A stretch of DNA of 64,000 nt from Bacillota bacterium (lineage in GTDB: Bacteria > Bacillota > Clostridia > Christensenellales > SZUA-584). Location of the stretch: positions 6,543 to 70,542 of the forward strand of contig JAEWCC010000035.1 in the NCBI GenBank assembly GCA_023390815.1, written 5' to 3'. The notes beneath the pieces are model-generated. The model saw only the letters and a program-made list of their open reading frames with translations, did not search any database and was not told the origin of the DNA. Shown here piece by piece: positions 51,626 through 62,141 of this stretch. Position 1 is the stretch's first letter; each line of letters opens with the position of its first letter. The translations under genes and the position numbers were made by a program.

Positions 51626-52822
51626 ATGCCGCAAACCGTCGTGGTCGGTGTCTCGGGAGGTATCGCGGCGTATAAATCGGCCTATCTCGTGAGCGCCCTT
51701 AAAAAGCGCTTCGACGTACACGTCATCATGACGGAAAACGCGCTGGAATTTGTGAGCGCGCTGACGTTCGAGACGCTTTCCGGCAACGCCGTGGTCACCG
51801 GCACATTCGAGAGAACGCAGGAGTTCAATGTCAAACACGTCTCGCTGGCGCAAAAGGCGGACGTGTTTATTGTCGCGCCCGCAACCGCGAACGTGATCGC
51901 AAAGGTGGCGTCCGGTATCGCGGATGATATGCTCACAACGACGATACTTGCCGCGAAATGCCCTTTGATATTCGCGCCCGCTATGAACACCGCAATGTTC
52001 GAAGACACAGCGACACAGGAAAATATGAAAATACTCAAATCGCGCGGGTATTCCGTGATGGATACGGGCGTGGGTCTGCTGGCCTGCGGCGATACCGGCA
52101 GCGGGCGAATGCGCGAACCCGACGAAATTATTGCGTATATGGAAAATGTGCTGTCATCGCTTCACGCATTGCAGGGGGTCCGCGTGCTCATTTCCGCCGG
52201 GCCTACGCGGGAAATGATCGATCCGGTACGTTATCTCTCCAACCGTTCCTCCGGAAAAATGGGGTACGCCATTGCGCAGGCGGCTATCGATATGGGCGCG
52301 GACGTGACGCTCGTAACCGGACCGGTTGAACTTGAAGCGCCTATGAAAGCACGACGCGTAGACGTGGTTTCGGCGGCCGATATGGCGGACGAAATGCTGA
52401 GCAGATCGTCCGAGGCCGATATCATCATCATGGCCGCTGCGGTCGCGGACTACACACCGAAGGCTTACATTCCGCAGAAAATCAAAAAGGGCGGCGATAT
52501 GAGCATCGAGCTTGTGCGGACTCAGGATATTTTGAAAGAACTCGGGGAGCGCAAGCGCCCGGAGCAATTGCTGATGGGCTTTGCCGCCGAAACACAGCAG
52601 TTTGAGGACAATGCCAAGGACAAGCTTTTACGCAAGAAGCTCGACATCATCGCCTTGAATGACGTGTCCCGGCCGGGCGAGGGCTTCGGCTCGGACAGCA
52701 ACAATATCCGCCTTTTTTTAAGCGACGGTACGGAGGAGGATCTCGGCAGCGCGGACAAGCATATGCTCGCAAAGCAGATTATCGCGCGCGCAGCGCAGCG
52801 GTATCGGGCGCTTCCGAGGTAG
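51626..52822 (+). CDS. coaBC: bifunctional phosphopantothenoylcysteine decarboxylase / phosphopantothenate-cysteine ligase
   Basis: N-terminal flavoprotein GVSGGIAAYK...APATANVIAK and C-terminal ligase ISAGPTREMIDPVRYLSNRSSGKMG. Confidence 0.96.
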   Translation: MPQTVVVGVSGGIAAYKSAYLVSALKKRFDVHVIMTENALEFVSALTFETLSGNAVVTGTFERTQEFNVKHVSLAQKADVFIVAPATANVIAKVASGIADDMLTTTILAAKCPLIFAPAMNTAMFEDTATQENMKILKSRGYSVMDTGVGLLACGDTGSGRMREPDEIIAYMENVLSSLHALQGVRVLISAGPTREMIDPVRYLSNRSSGKMGYAIAQAAIDMGADVTLVTGPVELEAPMKARRVDVVSAADMADEMLSRSSEADIIIMAAAVADYTPKAYIPQKIKKGGDMSIELVRTQDILKELGERKRPEQLLMGFAAETQQFEDNAKDKLLRKKLDIIALNDVSRPGEGFGSDSNNIRLFLSDGTEEDLGSADKHMLAKQIIARAAQRYRALPR

Positions 52823-52825
52823 GCC

Positions 52826-55033
52826 ATGTTTGCGAGGGTCATCATCGACATCGTGCACTCCGGCGTCGACAAGGTGTTTGAATACGCGGTGCCGGAAGAG
52901 TTGCATATCGAAGCCGGGTTTCGCGTACGGGTTCCGTTCGGCAGGGGCAATACGCTCAAAGAAGGCTATGTGCTGGCGTTGTCCAATGCCTGCGAATATG
53001 ATGAAAGCCTCGTCAAGCCCATCCATTCAGTCATCTCCGACTTCGCCGCGCTGACATCCGGACAGATCAAGCTGGCGCACATGGTGCGGCGCTATTATCA
53101 TACGACGCTGGCCTGTGCGCTGCGGCTGATGTTTCCGGCCGAGATGCGGGGTGGCCGCGTCAAGGACCGCTATGAGCGCGAGTTTGTCTGCGCGTTAACC
53201 GGCGCGGAACTGACTGAGGCTTTGGCTGCGCTCGGCAAAGCGCCCAAGCAGAAGGCCGTACTCGAAGCGATAGCCGACGGTCCGGTTACGGCACAAGAAC
53301 TGGAGCAATTACTTCCCGGCAGCACCTCCGCGCGGGACGCGTTGATAAAAAAGGGCATTATCACAGCTTATCAGAAGGAAGCATTCCGAATCACGCGGCG
53401 CAGCGCCGAGCTGGAGCCGGATTACGCGCTCTCGGACGATCAGCAGAACGCCGTGAACAAGATCACCTCTAAAACCGGCAAATACCTGCTGCACGGCGTA
53501 ACGGGCAGCGGCAAGACAGAAGTCTATATCCGCATCGTGCGCGATTGCCTCGCAAAAGGAAGAAGCGCAATCGTGCTCGTACCGGAGATATCGCTGACGC
53601 CGCAGCTCGTCGAAATGTTCGAGCGGCGCATCGGCGAGGAGATCGCCGTATACCATTCCACGCTGTCGGCAGGAGAACGTTACGACGAGTGGAAACGCAT
53701 GGTTTCGGGACGCGCCCGCGTCGTGGTGGGGGCACGCTCCGCCGTGTTCGCGCCGCTGCGAAATGTGGGCGCAATCATCATCGATGAGGAGCACGAGACG
53801 AGCTACCGGTCGGATACGCATCCGCGCTATACCGCGCACGAGATTGCGCGCATGCGCGCAAACATCGAAGACGCTTCGCTGGTACTTGCTTCCGCGACGC
53901 CTTCGGTGGAAAGCTACATTAAGGCAAAAAACGGCATCTATCAATTGGTCTCAATGCCCAGCCGCCTGTTCGGGCTTAAGCTGCCCGCCGTTCAGGTCGT
54001 GGACATGCGCGAAGAAATTTTACGCGGCAACCGCACGATATTCTCCTCGCAGCTGTATGATGGCATCAGGGATACCCTGAACGCGGGCAAACAGGTCATG
54101 CTCTTTGTGAACCGGCGAGGTTACTCCACGTTCGTGATGTGCCGCGGATGCGGCTATGTGGAATACTGTGACGACTGCGCGGTCACGATGACTTACCATG
54201 CCAATGTCGGCTCGCTGCTGTGCCACTACTGCGGGCGGAAAAGGCCGCTGCGTACGGTTTGCCCGGAATGCGGGAAACCATACTTAAAGCAGTTCGGCGT
54301 GGGCACGCAGCAGGTGGAAGCACATGCGAAAACGTGCTTTCCGGAGGCGCGCATTCTGCGTATGGACCTTGACACGACGCGCGGCAAAGACGCCCACCGG
54401 GAAATCTACGCGCAGTTCAAGGCGGGCGGCGCGGATATCCTGATCGGTACGCAGATGATCGCCAAGGGGTTTGATTTTGAGAATGTTAAGCTCGTCGGCG
54501 TGGTATCGGCGGACGGATCGCTCTATATCCCGGACTACCGTAGTCCGGAAAAGACGTTTCAGCTGATCGAGCAGGTAGCGGGACGCGCGGGCCGTAAGGA
54601 CCCGGGCCAGGTGATTGTGCAGACCTATTCGCCAGAGCACTACGCCATCCAGCGGGCATGCCGTCACGATTTTGAAGGTTTCTTCGATGAGGAGATGGAC
54701 GTGCGAAGATCGGTGCTTCTGCCGCCCTACTCGGTGTATTTCCGTATCGTATTCACGGGCAGGGACGAGTCGGCGGTTCGCGATGCGTGTCTCGATTTTG
54801 AGCGCGGGTTCAAGGAAACGTTTAAAGATGTAGTGGATCAGCTGCTGCTGCTGGATGCGTCTGAAGCGCCCGTTAAAAAACTGCAGGGCAGTGCACGCTG
54901 GCAGATGCTCATCAAAGCACTCAACGACGCGAATCTTGCAGAACTGCGAAACCGGCTGTATAGTTATATGGATGATAAGCAATATAAAAACTGCGTGTTT
55001 GGTCTGGAGATCAATCCGCAGAGCATGATGTAA
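52826..55033 (+). CDS. priA: primosomal protein N' (replication restart helicase)
   Basis: GVTGSGKTEVY Walker A, DEEHE, and a Cys-rich zinc region CRGCG...CDDC...CHYCG...CPECG. Confidence 0.96.
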   Translation: MFARVIIDIVHSGVDKVFEYAVPEELHIEAGFRVRVPFGRGNTLKEGYVLALSNACEYDESLVKPIHSVISDFAALTSGQIKLAHMVRRYYHTTLACALRLMFPAEMRGGRVKDRYEREFVCALTGAELTEALAALGKAPKQKAVLEAIADGPVTAQELEQLLPGSTSARDALIKKGIITAYQKEAFRITRRSAELEPDYALSDDQQNAVNKITSKTGKYLLHGVTGSGKTEVYIRIVRDCLAKGRSAIVLVPEISLTPQLVEMFERRIGEEIAVYHSTLSAGERYDEWKRMVSGRARVVVGARSAVFAPLRNVGAIIIDEEHETSYRSDTHPRYTAHEIARMRANIEDASLVLASATPSVESYIKAKNGIYQLVSMPSRLFGLKLPAVQVVDMREEILRGNRTIFSSQLYDGIRDTLNAGKQVMLFVNRRGYSTFVMCRGCGYVEYCDDCAVTMTYHANVGSLLCHYCGRKRPLRTVCPECGKPYLKQFGVGTQQVEAHAKTCFPEARILRMDLDTTRGKDAHREIYAQFKAGGADILIGTQMIAKGFDFENVKLVGVVSADGSLYIPDYRSPEKTFQLIEQVAGRAGRKDPGQVIVQTYSPEHYAIQRACRHDFEGFFDEEMDVRRSVLLPPYSVYFRIVFTGRDESAVRDACLDFERGFKETFKDVVDQLLLLDASEAPVKKLQGSARWQMLIKALNDANLAELRNRLYSYMDDKQYKNCVFGLEINPQSMM

Positions 55034-55044
55034 GGGGAGAAAGC

Positions 55045-55497
55045 ATGGCGATCAGAGACATCGTCAAGGGCAAGGACAACGTCGCACTGCGGAAGGTATC
55101 GCGCGATGTACGGCAGATTACGCCGCATATTTTGACCCTTCTGGACGATATGAAGGAGACATTGCACGCGGAAGAAGGCGTCGGGCTCGCCGCGCCGCAG
55201 GTGGGCGTGCTGCGCCGTATTGCGGTCGTGGAATACGAAGAACGGTATTATGAACTGATCAATCCGAAAATCGTCGATTTCTCGGGAGAAGCCATCGAGG
55301 AGGAAGGGTGCCTATCCATACCAGGGGTACGCGGCCGCGTGAAACGCCCCGATAGCGTTACGGCGCAGTTTATGGACCGTCACGGCAGAAAGAAAAAGCT
55401 GACCGTCACCGGCATTGCAGCGCGCGCGTTCTGTCATGAGATTGACCATCTCGACGGCGTGCTGTTTGTCGATAAGGTACTCAAGGAGAAGGAATGA
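55045..55497 (+). CDS. def: peptide deformylase
   Basis: GVGLAAPQ, EGCLS and HEIDH motifs. Confidence 0.97.
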   Translation: MAIRDIVKGKDNVALRKVSRDVRQITPHILTLLDDMKETLHAEEGVGLAAPQVGVLRRIAVVEYEERYYELINPKIVDFSGEAIEEEGCLSIPGVRGRVKRPDSVTAQFMDRHGRKKKLTVTGIAARAFCHEIDHLDGVLFVDKVLKEKE

Positions 55498-56447
55498 AGA
55501 TTGTTTTCATGGGCACGCCCGATTTTTCCGTGCCCAGCCTGAAAGCTTTGATATCGCGCGGCGATGAGATTGCCGCAGTTGTGACGCAGCCCGACCGCCA
55601 ACGGGGCCGTGGCCAGCGACTGCTACCCTCGCCAGTGAAGGTGCTAGCCGAGGAGCACGGCATACCGGTACTGCAGTTTACGCGCATCAAATCGGCCGAA
55701 GGCGTGGCGGCGCTGCGCGCAATCGCGCCGGACATGATCGTCACTGCGGCGTTCGGACAGATATTATCCAAGGATATCCTCGATATCCCGCCGAAGGGAT
55801 GCCTCAACGTACACGCGTCGCTGCTGCCCAAATACCGCGGCGCGGCGCCCATCCAGTGGGCGATCATCAAAGGCGAGACGCAAAGCGGCGTCACGATCAT
55901 GTATATGAATGAAGGACTCGACACGGGCGATATGATATCCTCCGTCGCCGTGCCGATAGCTGACGATATGACGGGCGGCCAGCTCTATGAAACGCTGGCG
56001 CAGGCCGGCGCGGATTTGCTGATTAAAACGATAGACGACATCGATAGCGGCAAGGCAAAACGCACGCCGCAAAACGATGCGGAGGCCAGCTATTACCCGC
56101 CGCTCAGCAAGGAACTCGGCCGGATCGACTGGAACAAGCCCGCGAAAGAGATTCGCAATCTCATCCGTGCGCTGAACCCCGTTCCCGGCACATACGGAGT
56201 GATCAACGGCAGCACGATCAAGATCTGGGCAGCCGAATTGACGGAAGGACAGGGGAAACCGGGTCAGGTTGACTGCGCGGACACCAAACGGGGTTTGGTG
56301 ATCGGCACGGGAGACGGGCTACTGCGCATTACCGAGATGCAGGCACCGAACAGCAAGCGGATGACGCCTGCGGCTTACTTCTGCGGCTGCGCCATGCCCG
56401 GAGAGCAGTTCGAGCTATGTCCGGAACAGCCCGAGGTTTTAAAATGA
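55494..56447 (+). CDS. fmt: methionyl-tRNA formyltransferase
   Basis: ATGA overlap with def. IVFMGTPDFSVP and NVHASLLPKYRGAAPI motifs. Confidence 0.97.
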   Translation: MKIVFMGTPDFSVPSLKALISRGDEIAAVVTQPDRQRGRGQRLLPSPVKVLAEEHGIPVLQFTRIKSAEGVAALRAIAPDMIVTAAFGQILSKDILDIPPKGCLNVHASLLPKYRGAAPIQWAIIKGETQSGVTIMYMNEGLDTGDMISSVAVPIADDMTGGQLYETLAQAGADLLIKTIDDIDSGKAKRTPQNDAEASYYPPLSKELGRIDWNKPAKEIRNLIRALNPVPGTYGVINGSTIKIWAAELTEGQGKPGQVDCADTKRGLVIGTGDGLLRITEMQAPNSKRMTPAAYFCGCAMPGEQFELCPEQPEVLK

Positions 56448-57706
56448 CCGCACGTCGTGCCGCCTACGACGCGCTGACGGCGATATTGCAGGATGGCGCA
56501 TATACGTCACTCGCGCTTAAAAAACATGTTCCGTCGTCGCTTTCGGCAGAGGACAGACGTTTCGCAACGCGGCTTGTGCGCACCACGCTGGAAAATCTGC
56601 TTCGCATCGATTACGCGCTGTCCGGGTTTATCAAAGGGCGGGTTCACGGCAGCGTGCGCAACATCCTGCGGCTGGGCGCGTGCCAGTTGATGTTCATGGA
56701 CACCGCGGATTACGCGGCGGTGGGGGAAAGCGTTGCGCTGGCAAAGAAGGTTAAACCGCAGCTGGCGGGTTTTGTAAACGCCGTGCTGCGTGCACTGGTC
56801 AAGGGCAAAGACGCAATTGTATACCCTCAGGACAAAGACGCGAAGGCGCTCAGCATAGAGGCGAGTTATCCGGAATGGATTTGCGAAAAGTTCATCCGGG
56901 ACTTCGGATATGAATTTGCGCATGCGCTTCTCTCATATCGCGGCGAAGAAGGCACACCCATCCGGCTTAATACTCTCAAAGCCGACGCGGCAAGCCTAGA
57001 GGCGGAGTTGGACAGGCTTGGGCTGGAATATACGAAGGGGAATGTACCGGACGCTTACATTGCTAAAGGCCTCACAGATATCGAAAACCTTGATATCTAC
57101 CGCAACGGCTGGATCGCGGTCCAGTCGGAAAGTGCGATGCGGGCAGTGCTTGCGGCGGAGCCACAAGCAGGTGAAAAGCTGCTGGACGCGTGTGCTGCGC
57201 CGGGCGGCAAGAGCGCTTTTGCCGCAGCTTTGACCGGCAACAGGCTGGAGATTACCGCGTGGGACATTCATCCGCACCGCGTAGATATGACGAATAAGAA
57301 CTACACGCGATTGGGCGTCGCAAACGCCCAAGCGGTGCTTAACGATGCGAGTATCTTTGCGCCCGAATACGCGGCGGCTTTTGATTGTGTGATCGTGGAC
57401 GCGCCCTGCTCCGCAATGGGCCTGATGGCTTCCAGCCCGGATATCCGCTACAACCGTAAACCGGAGGATATCGCGGCGCTCAGCGCAAAGCAATCCGAGA
57501 TTCTGCAGACGTGCGCAAGGTATGTGAAACCGGGCGGAAGGCTCGCGTATTTCACGTGCTCGATCAACAAAGAGAACGAGGCGGTAACCGATCGCTTTGT
57601 CCGCGAAAATGTTGCCTATACCTATATCAAGCCGCCGGAAACGCTGTACCCGCACATAAGCGGCTCAGACGGTTTCTATATCGCCGTGATGAAGAGAAAC
57701 AAATGA
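56444..57706 (+). CDS. rsmB: 16S rRNA (cytosine967-C5)-methyltransferase
   Basis: ATGA overlap with fmt. NusB-like N-domain, DACAAPGGKS and DAPCSAMG motifs. Confidence 0.94.
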   Translation: MTARRAAYDALTAILQDGAYTSLALKKHVPSSLSAEDRRFATRLVRTTLENLLRIDYALSGFIKGRVHGSVRNILRLGACQLMFMDTADYAAVGESVALAKKVKPQLAGFVNAVLRALVKGKDAIVYPQDKDAKALSIEASYPEWICEKFIRDFGYEFAHALLSYRGEEGTPIRLNTLKADAASLEAELDRLGLEYTKGNVPDAYIAKGLTDIENLDIYRNGWIAVQSESAMRAVLAAEPQAGEKLLDACAAPGGKSAFAAALTGNRLEITAWDIHPHRVDMTNKNYTRLGVANAQAVLNDASIFAPEYAAAFDCVIVDAPCSAMGLMASSPDIRYNRKPEDIAALSAKQSEILQTCARYVKPGGRLAYFTCSINKENEAVTDRFVRENVAYTYIKPPETLYPHISGSDGFYIAVMKRNK

Positions 57707-58707
57707 ACGATCTGCTTTCGCTGGACTTAAGCCAGCTGCAAAATATTATATCGGAGCTGGGCGTAAAGCCTTTCGTGGCAAAGCAATTGCAGGAATGGCT
57801 GGCCAAGGGCGCGTCGTTTGAGGAAATGACGAATCTGCCGAAGGCATTGCGCGAAGCGCTGCGCTCGGGCCATTCGGAAGGCTACGCCAAGATCATTGAA
57901 AAGCACGAATCGGCCGACGGCACGGTAAAGCTGCTGCTCGGCATGTCGGGCGGAGGTATGGTCGAATGCGTGATTATGCGCTATAAGTATGGCAATACGC
58001 TGTGTGTTTCCACGCAGGTCGGATGCCGCATGGGCTGCATCTTCTGCGCGTCGGGCAAGGAAGGCCTGGTACGGAACCTTTCCATCGGCGAGATGCGCTC
58101 CGAGTTCATCGCGGCGCAGCAGTTTGGCGAAATCGGCAACGTCGTCCTTATGGGTTCGGGCGAACCGATGGACAACTACGACAATGTTGTCGCGTACCTG
58201 CGCGCCCTGGGCGAGCAGCACGGTATCGGCATGCGGCACATCTCGCTGTCCACATGCGGCATCGTACCGGGCATTGAAAAACTCGCGAATGAGGGGCTGC
58301 CGGTCACGCTGTGCATTTCGCTGCACTCGGCAATCGATGAGAAGCGCCGGACGATTATGCCCACGGCGGCAGCCTTCCCGGTCCGGCGTATTTTGGACGC
58401 AGCGGACGCGTACTTCAGCAAAACAGGACGCCGCATCATCATCGAATATACGTTGATTCGCGGCCTCAACGATGGTCCTGAGGATATGGAGGCGCTCATA
58501 CGCGCACTGAAGAATATGAATTGCCACGTCAACATCATACCCCTGAATGAGGCCGCTGGAGCGCTTCAGCCGCCCGGTTCGGGGCAAGCGAAGGCGTTCG
58601 CCGCCGCGCTTGAAAAACAGGGGCAGAGCGCGACGGTGCGCCGCTCGCTGGGGAGCGATATCGAGGGCGCCTGCGGGCAGCTCAAGCTGAAACGGGAGAA
58701 GAAATGA
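57703..58707 (+). CDS. rlmN: 23S rRNA/tRNA (adenine-C2)-methyltransferase
   Basis: ATGA overlap with rsmB. Radical-SAM CRMGCIFC and GMGEP-like MGSGEPMDNY. Confidence 0.95.
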   Translation: MNDLLSLDLSQLQNIISELGVKPFVAKQLQEWLAKGASFEEMTNLPKALREALRSGHSEGYAKIIEKHESADGTVKLLLGMSGGGMVECVIMRYKYGNTLCVSTQVGCRMGCIFCASGKEGLVRNLSIGEMRSEFIAAQQFGEIGNVVLMGSGEPMDNYDNVVAYLRALGEQHGIGMRHISLSTCGIVPGIEKLANEGLPVTLCISLHSAIDEKRRTIMPTAAAFPVRRILDAADAYFSKTGRRIIIEYTLIRGLNDGPEDMEALIRALKNMNCHVNIIPLNEAAGALQPPGSGQAKAFAAALEKQGQSATVRRSLGSDIEGACGQLKLKREKK

Positions 58708-59429
58708 TTTACTACGCCAAAACGCACAAAGGCTCCGTACGCCGGAACAACGAAGACGCATGCTACGCGCCGGACGACAGTCAAGGCTTCTTTGCGATCG
58801 TCGCGGATGGAATGGGCGGCCATAATGCGGGCGAAGTGGCGAGCCAAATCGTCGTCGATACGTTCGTAGAAATACTTGGCGGCATAAATTCTGTAGATGT
58901 GACGGAAGATGTGCTGCGCAGAACTTCCAGCGAAGCGAACGCGCGCGTGCTGGCAGACGCCGAAAAACATCCTGACCGGTGCGGAATGGGCTCCACCGCA
59001 ACGGCAGCTGTATTTTGCGGCAACAGCGTACTGATCGGCCACGTGGGGGATTCCCGCGCGTACCTCTATCATGACGGCTGCTTAAAACAGATCACACGCG
59101 ATCATTCCTATGTACAAATGCTGCTGGACCTGGGCTATATCAACGAGGAGCAGGCAGCGGGGCACCCGCAGAAGAACATCATCACGCGCGCCATCGGTAC
59201 CGATCCGCAGGTCGAGACGGATATTTTCCGCATATCGATGAGCGGTGGAGACTGCCTGTTATTGTGCTCCGACGGACTTAACGGGATGATCTCAGACGAG
59301 CAAATCGCATCCATACTCGCGAGTGGTTATCAAACGGCTGCGGATCGTCTCATTGAGGCGGCGCTGGAGGCGGGCGGCGGGGACAACGTCAGCGTCGTGC
59401 TGGCTTGCGTGGAAGGTGGGGGCGTATGA
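58704..59429 (+). CDS. stp: PP2C-family Ser/Thr phosphatase
   Basis: ATGA overlap with rlmN. RRNNEDA, ADGMGGHNAGEVAS and GGGDNVSVV motifs. Confidence 0.95.
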   Translation: MIYYAKTHKGSVRRNNEDACYAPDDSQGFFAIVADGMGGHNAGEVASQIVVDTFVEILGGINSVDVTEDVLRRTSSEANARVLADAEKHPDRCGMGSTATAAVFCGNSVLIGHVGDSRAYLYHDGCLKQITRDHSYVQMLLDLGYINEEQAAGHPQKNIITRAIGTDPQVETDIFRISMSGGDCLLLCSDGLNGMISDEQIASILASGYQTAADRLIEAALEAGGGDNVSVVLACVEGGGV

Positions 59430-61261
59430 TTGGCAGGCTATTAGGCAGCCGCTACGCAATCATCGAAAACGTCGATTCGGGCGGCATGGCATACATCTAT
59501 AAAGCGGTCTGCAAAAAGACGAACAGCATCGTTGCCGTGAAGGTGCTTAAAGATGAGTTCTCGGGCAGCGAGGAATACGTCAGCCGATTTAAAAAGGAAG
59601 CCGAAGCCGCGTTTTCACTCGAACACAAAAACATCGTGCATGTCACCGATATCGGCTGCGATAACGGTACCTATTATATGGTCATGGAATTCGTCGAGGG
59701 ATGCTCGCTGAAAGCGTTGATTGAGCAAAAGGGATGTATCGACGAAAAAGAGGCAATCGGATACACTGTGCAGATCTGCGACGCGCTGGAGGCCGCACAC
59801 TGCGAGGGGATCATCCATCGCGACATCAAACCGCAAAATATCCTGGTGGATCAGCAAGGGCAGATCAAACTGACTGATTTCGGGATCGCAACCAGCGTTA
59901 CGTCCAAGGAACCAAAGGACAATCAGGTGATGGGGTCCGTGTATTACATTTCCCCGGAACAGGCGAAAGGCGAAAAGACGGATTCGCGCACAGATATCTA
60001 TTCACTGGGGATCGTGCTGTATGAAATGCTGACCGGCAAGCTGCCGCATACGGGCGACAAGTCGGTGGCAGTGGCGCTAAAGCATATCAACGAGAAACTG
60101 ACACCTCCGATTGTAAAGAACAGCGGGATATCCATGGCGGCCAACAACGTCGTGATCAAGGCAACGAATAAAGCGCCAAAGGAACGTTATCGGAGCGCGG
60201 AAGCGTTTAAGAAGGATCTGATGCGCACAGCCGCCGAACCGGACGGCGATTATGTGCAAATTCCTAAAGCGCTTTCTGATGTGGACCGGGCTAAAATTCA
60301 CGGACGCCATAAGGTCTGGAAGCGGTGCATTCTCGTTGCGCTGCTGCTCATCGCCGGTGCGGCAGTCTATTTGGGGTTTTGCCTTTTTGGCCAGCCGCCG
60401 TTTGATATGGTCGAGGTTCTTGATACGACCGGAATGCAGGCCAACATTGCGCAGGACATGCTTAGGAGCAACGGACTCCTCGTCGATTTTGCATATGAGT
60501 CCAGTGAGACCACCGATGAGGGCGTCGTCATTACCCAATCGATCGGGAAAGGCATACAGGTATCCAAAGGCTCTTCCATCACGCTTACGGTATCCAGCGG
60601 GCCTGCCGGTCTGGTAATGCCCGACGTCGTAGGGTTAAGTACGGACGAAGCGCAGGCGACCATTGCTTCGATGGGGCTCGATCCTGCGGATATCACCTAC
60701 GAAGAAAGTAGTGATGTACCTCCCGGGCAGGTGATTTCCCAGATGCCCGAGGCCGATAGCGATATTGAATCGGACGTGCTGATCAGCCTCGTCGTATCGG
60801 GGCAGCCCGCCGAGGAAGGTATGCTGATGCCCGCTGTAAAGGATATGCAGCTCGATCAGGCGGTCAATCTCTTAAAGGGATCGGGCTTTACGAACTGCCT
60901 CGTATATGAACAGGACAGCGAACTGGCAGCCGGAACTGTGAAAGACCAAAGCCCGGCGGAGGGCGTACAGACGCCTTTTTCGGGCGAGGTGGTACTTTAT
61001 GCAAGCCGCTATACCAACAAAGCCTATTCGGGCATATTTGACCAGACGATCGACCTGATCGATGCAGGTGCGAAATTGCGCGTGGTGCTGGTCGATAAAA
61101 TCAACGGAAGCGATATTAAGTTTGTGGTGCACGAAGAAACGGCGAAATCAACTGCTCCTCGCTTGAATCTGATGCTTTCAGCGGTTACGAGCGGGAAGAA
61201 AACGATTGTGATATATGTGAATAATGTAGAGACATACTCTTACGAGGTTACATTTGGCTGA
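59426..61261 (+). CDS. prkC: Ser/Thr protein kinase with three PASTA repeats
   Basis: ATGA overlap with stp. VAVK, HRDIKPQN and DFG motifs, a TM helix (ILVALLLIAGAAVYLGF), three PASTA-like repeats and a C-terminal beta domain. Confidence 0.95.
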   Translation: MIGRLLGSRYAIIENVDSGGMAYIYKAVCKKTNSIVAVKVLKDEFSGSEEYVSRFKKEAEAAFSLEHKNIVHVTDIGCDNGTYYMVMEFVEGCSLKALIEQKGCIDEKEAIGYTVQICDALEAAHCEGIIHRDIKPQNILVDQQGQIKLTDFGIATSVTSKEPKDNQVMGSVYYISPEQAKGEKTDSRTDIYSLGIVLYEMLTGKLPHTGDKSVAVALKHINEKLTPPIVKNSGISMAANNVVIKATNKAPKERYRSAEAFKKDLMRTAAEPDGDYVQIPKALSDVDRAKIHGRHKVWKRCILVALLLIAGAAVYLGFCLFGQPPFDMVEVLDTTGMQANIAQDMLRSNGLLVDFAYESSETTDEGVVITQSIGKGIQVSKGSSITLTVSSGPAGLVMPDVVGLSTDEAQATIASMGLDPADITYEESSDVPPGQVISQMPEADSDIESDVLISLVVSGQPAEEGMLMPAVKDMQLDQAVNLLKGSGFTNCLVYEQDSELAAGTVKDQSPAEGVQTPFSGEVVLYASRYTNKAYSGIFDQTIDLIDAGAKLRVVLVDKINGSDIKFVVHEETAKSTAPRLNLMLSAVTSGKKTIVIYVNNVETYSYEVTFG

Positions 61262-61268
61262 TCTGAAT

Positions 61269-62141
61269 ATGACAGGCAAGATACTAAAAGGCGTCGGCGG
61301 CTTCTATACCGTACTGGACGCGAACGGAAAGCAATATGAATGCAGGGCATGCGGGAGGTTCCGTAATGAGGGGGAAACGCCGCTACCGGGGGACGATGTC
61401 GAGTTTTCACCAGAAACCGCGTACATCGATCAGATACTGCCCCGGCGCAGCGAACTGAAACGTCCCCGCGTTGCAAACGTCGATATGGTCGCCATTGTGG
61501 CATCTCCTGACAAGCCTAAAATAGACGCACTGCTGTGCGATAAGCTGATCATTTCGGCCAGGCGCAACGGCATTGAACCCCTGCTGGTGCTGAATAAATG
61601 CGATGCGGCAACGCAGAGTGATATAGAAAAAATATGCGCCGATTATCGTGGCGCGGTGGAAACTGTATGTGTCTCAGCCCGAACAAACCTTGGGCTTGAT
61701 GAGCTAAAAGAGAGGCTTTCGGGCAAATGCACCTGCTTTGCGGGGCAATCCGCAGTCGGGAAGTCGTCGCTGCTCAATGCCATGTTCCGGGGGCTTACGC
61801 TCAAAACGGATGGGCTATCCAGAAAGACCGATCGAGGCAAACACACCACACGTCATGCAGAGCTGTTGGTGCCGGAAGACTTTTCGGGAACCGTTGTGGA
61901 TACGCCCGGTTTTTCGTTTTTCGAGAACGACGATATCGAACCTGAAGCGCTTTGGATGCACTACAGCGACATGCGCCCATTCGGTGGGCATTGCCGATAT
62001 CCATCATGCCTGCACGTGGGGGAACCAGACTGCGGGGTGAAGGAAGCCCTGCAGCGCGGCGACATCAGTCCAAACCGGTACGCACGGTACCTGGAAATAT
62101 TGAAAGAGCTTAAAGAAAAGAGGGACAAAAGGTATGATTAA
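61269..62141 (+). CDS. rsgA: ribosome small-subunit-dependent GTPase A
   Basis: ATG 61269 (TTG 61254 is the alternative). LNKCD, GQSAVGKSSLLN and the zinc knuckle CRYPSCLHVGEPDCGV. Confidence 0.94.
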   Translation: MTGKILKGVGGFYTVLDANGKQYECRACGRFRNEGETPLPGDDVEFSPETAYIDQILPRRSELKRPRVANVDMVAIVASPDKPKIDALLCDKLIISARRNGIEPLLVLNKCDAATQSDIEKICADYRGAVETVCVSARTNLGLDELKERLSGKCTCFAGQSAVGKSSLLNAMFRGLTLKTDGLSRKTDRGKHTTRHAELLVPEDFSGTVVDTPGFSFFENDDIEPEALWMHYSDMRPFGGHCRYPSCLHVGEPDCGVKEALQRGDISPNRYARYLEILKELKEKRDKRYD

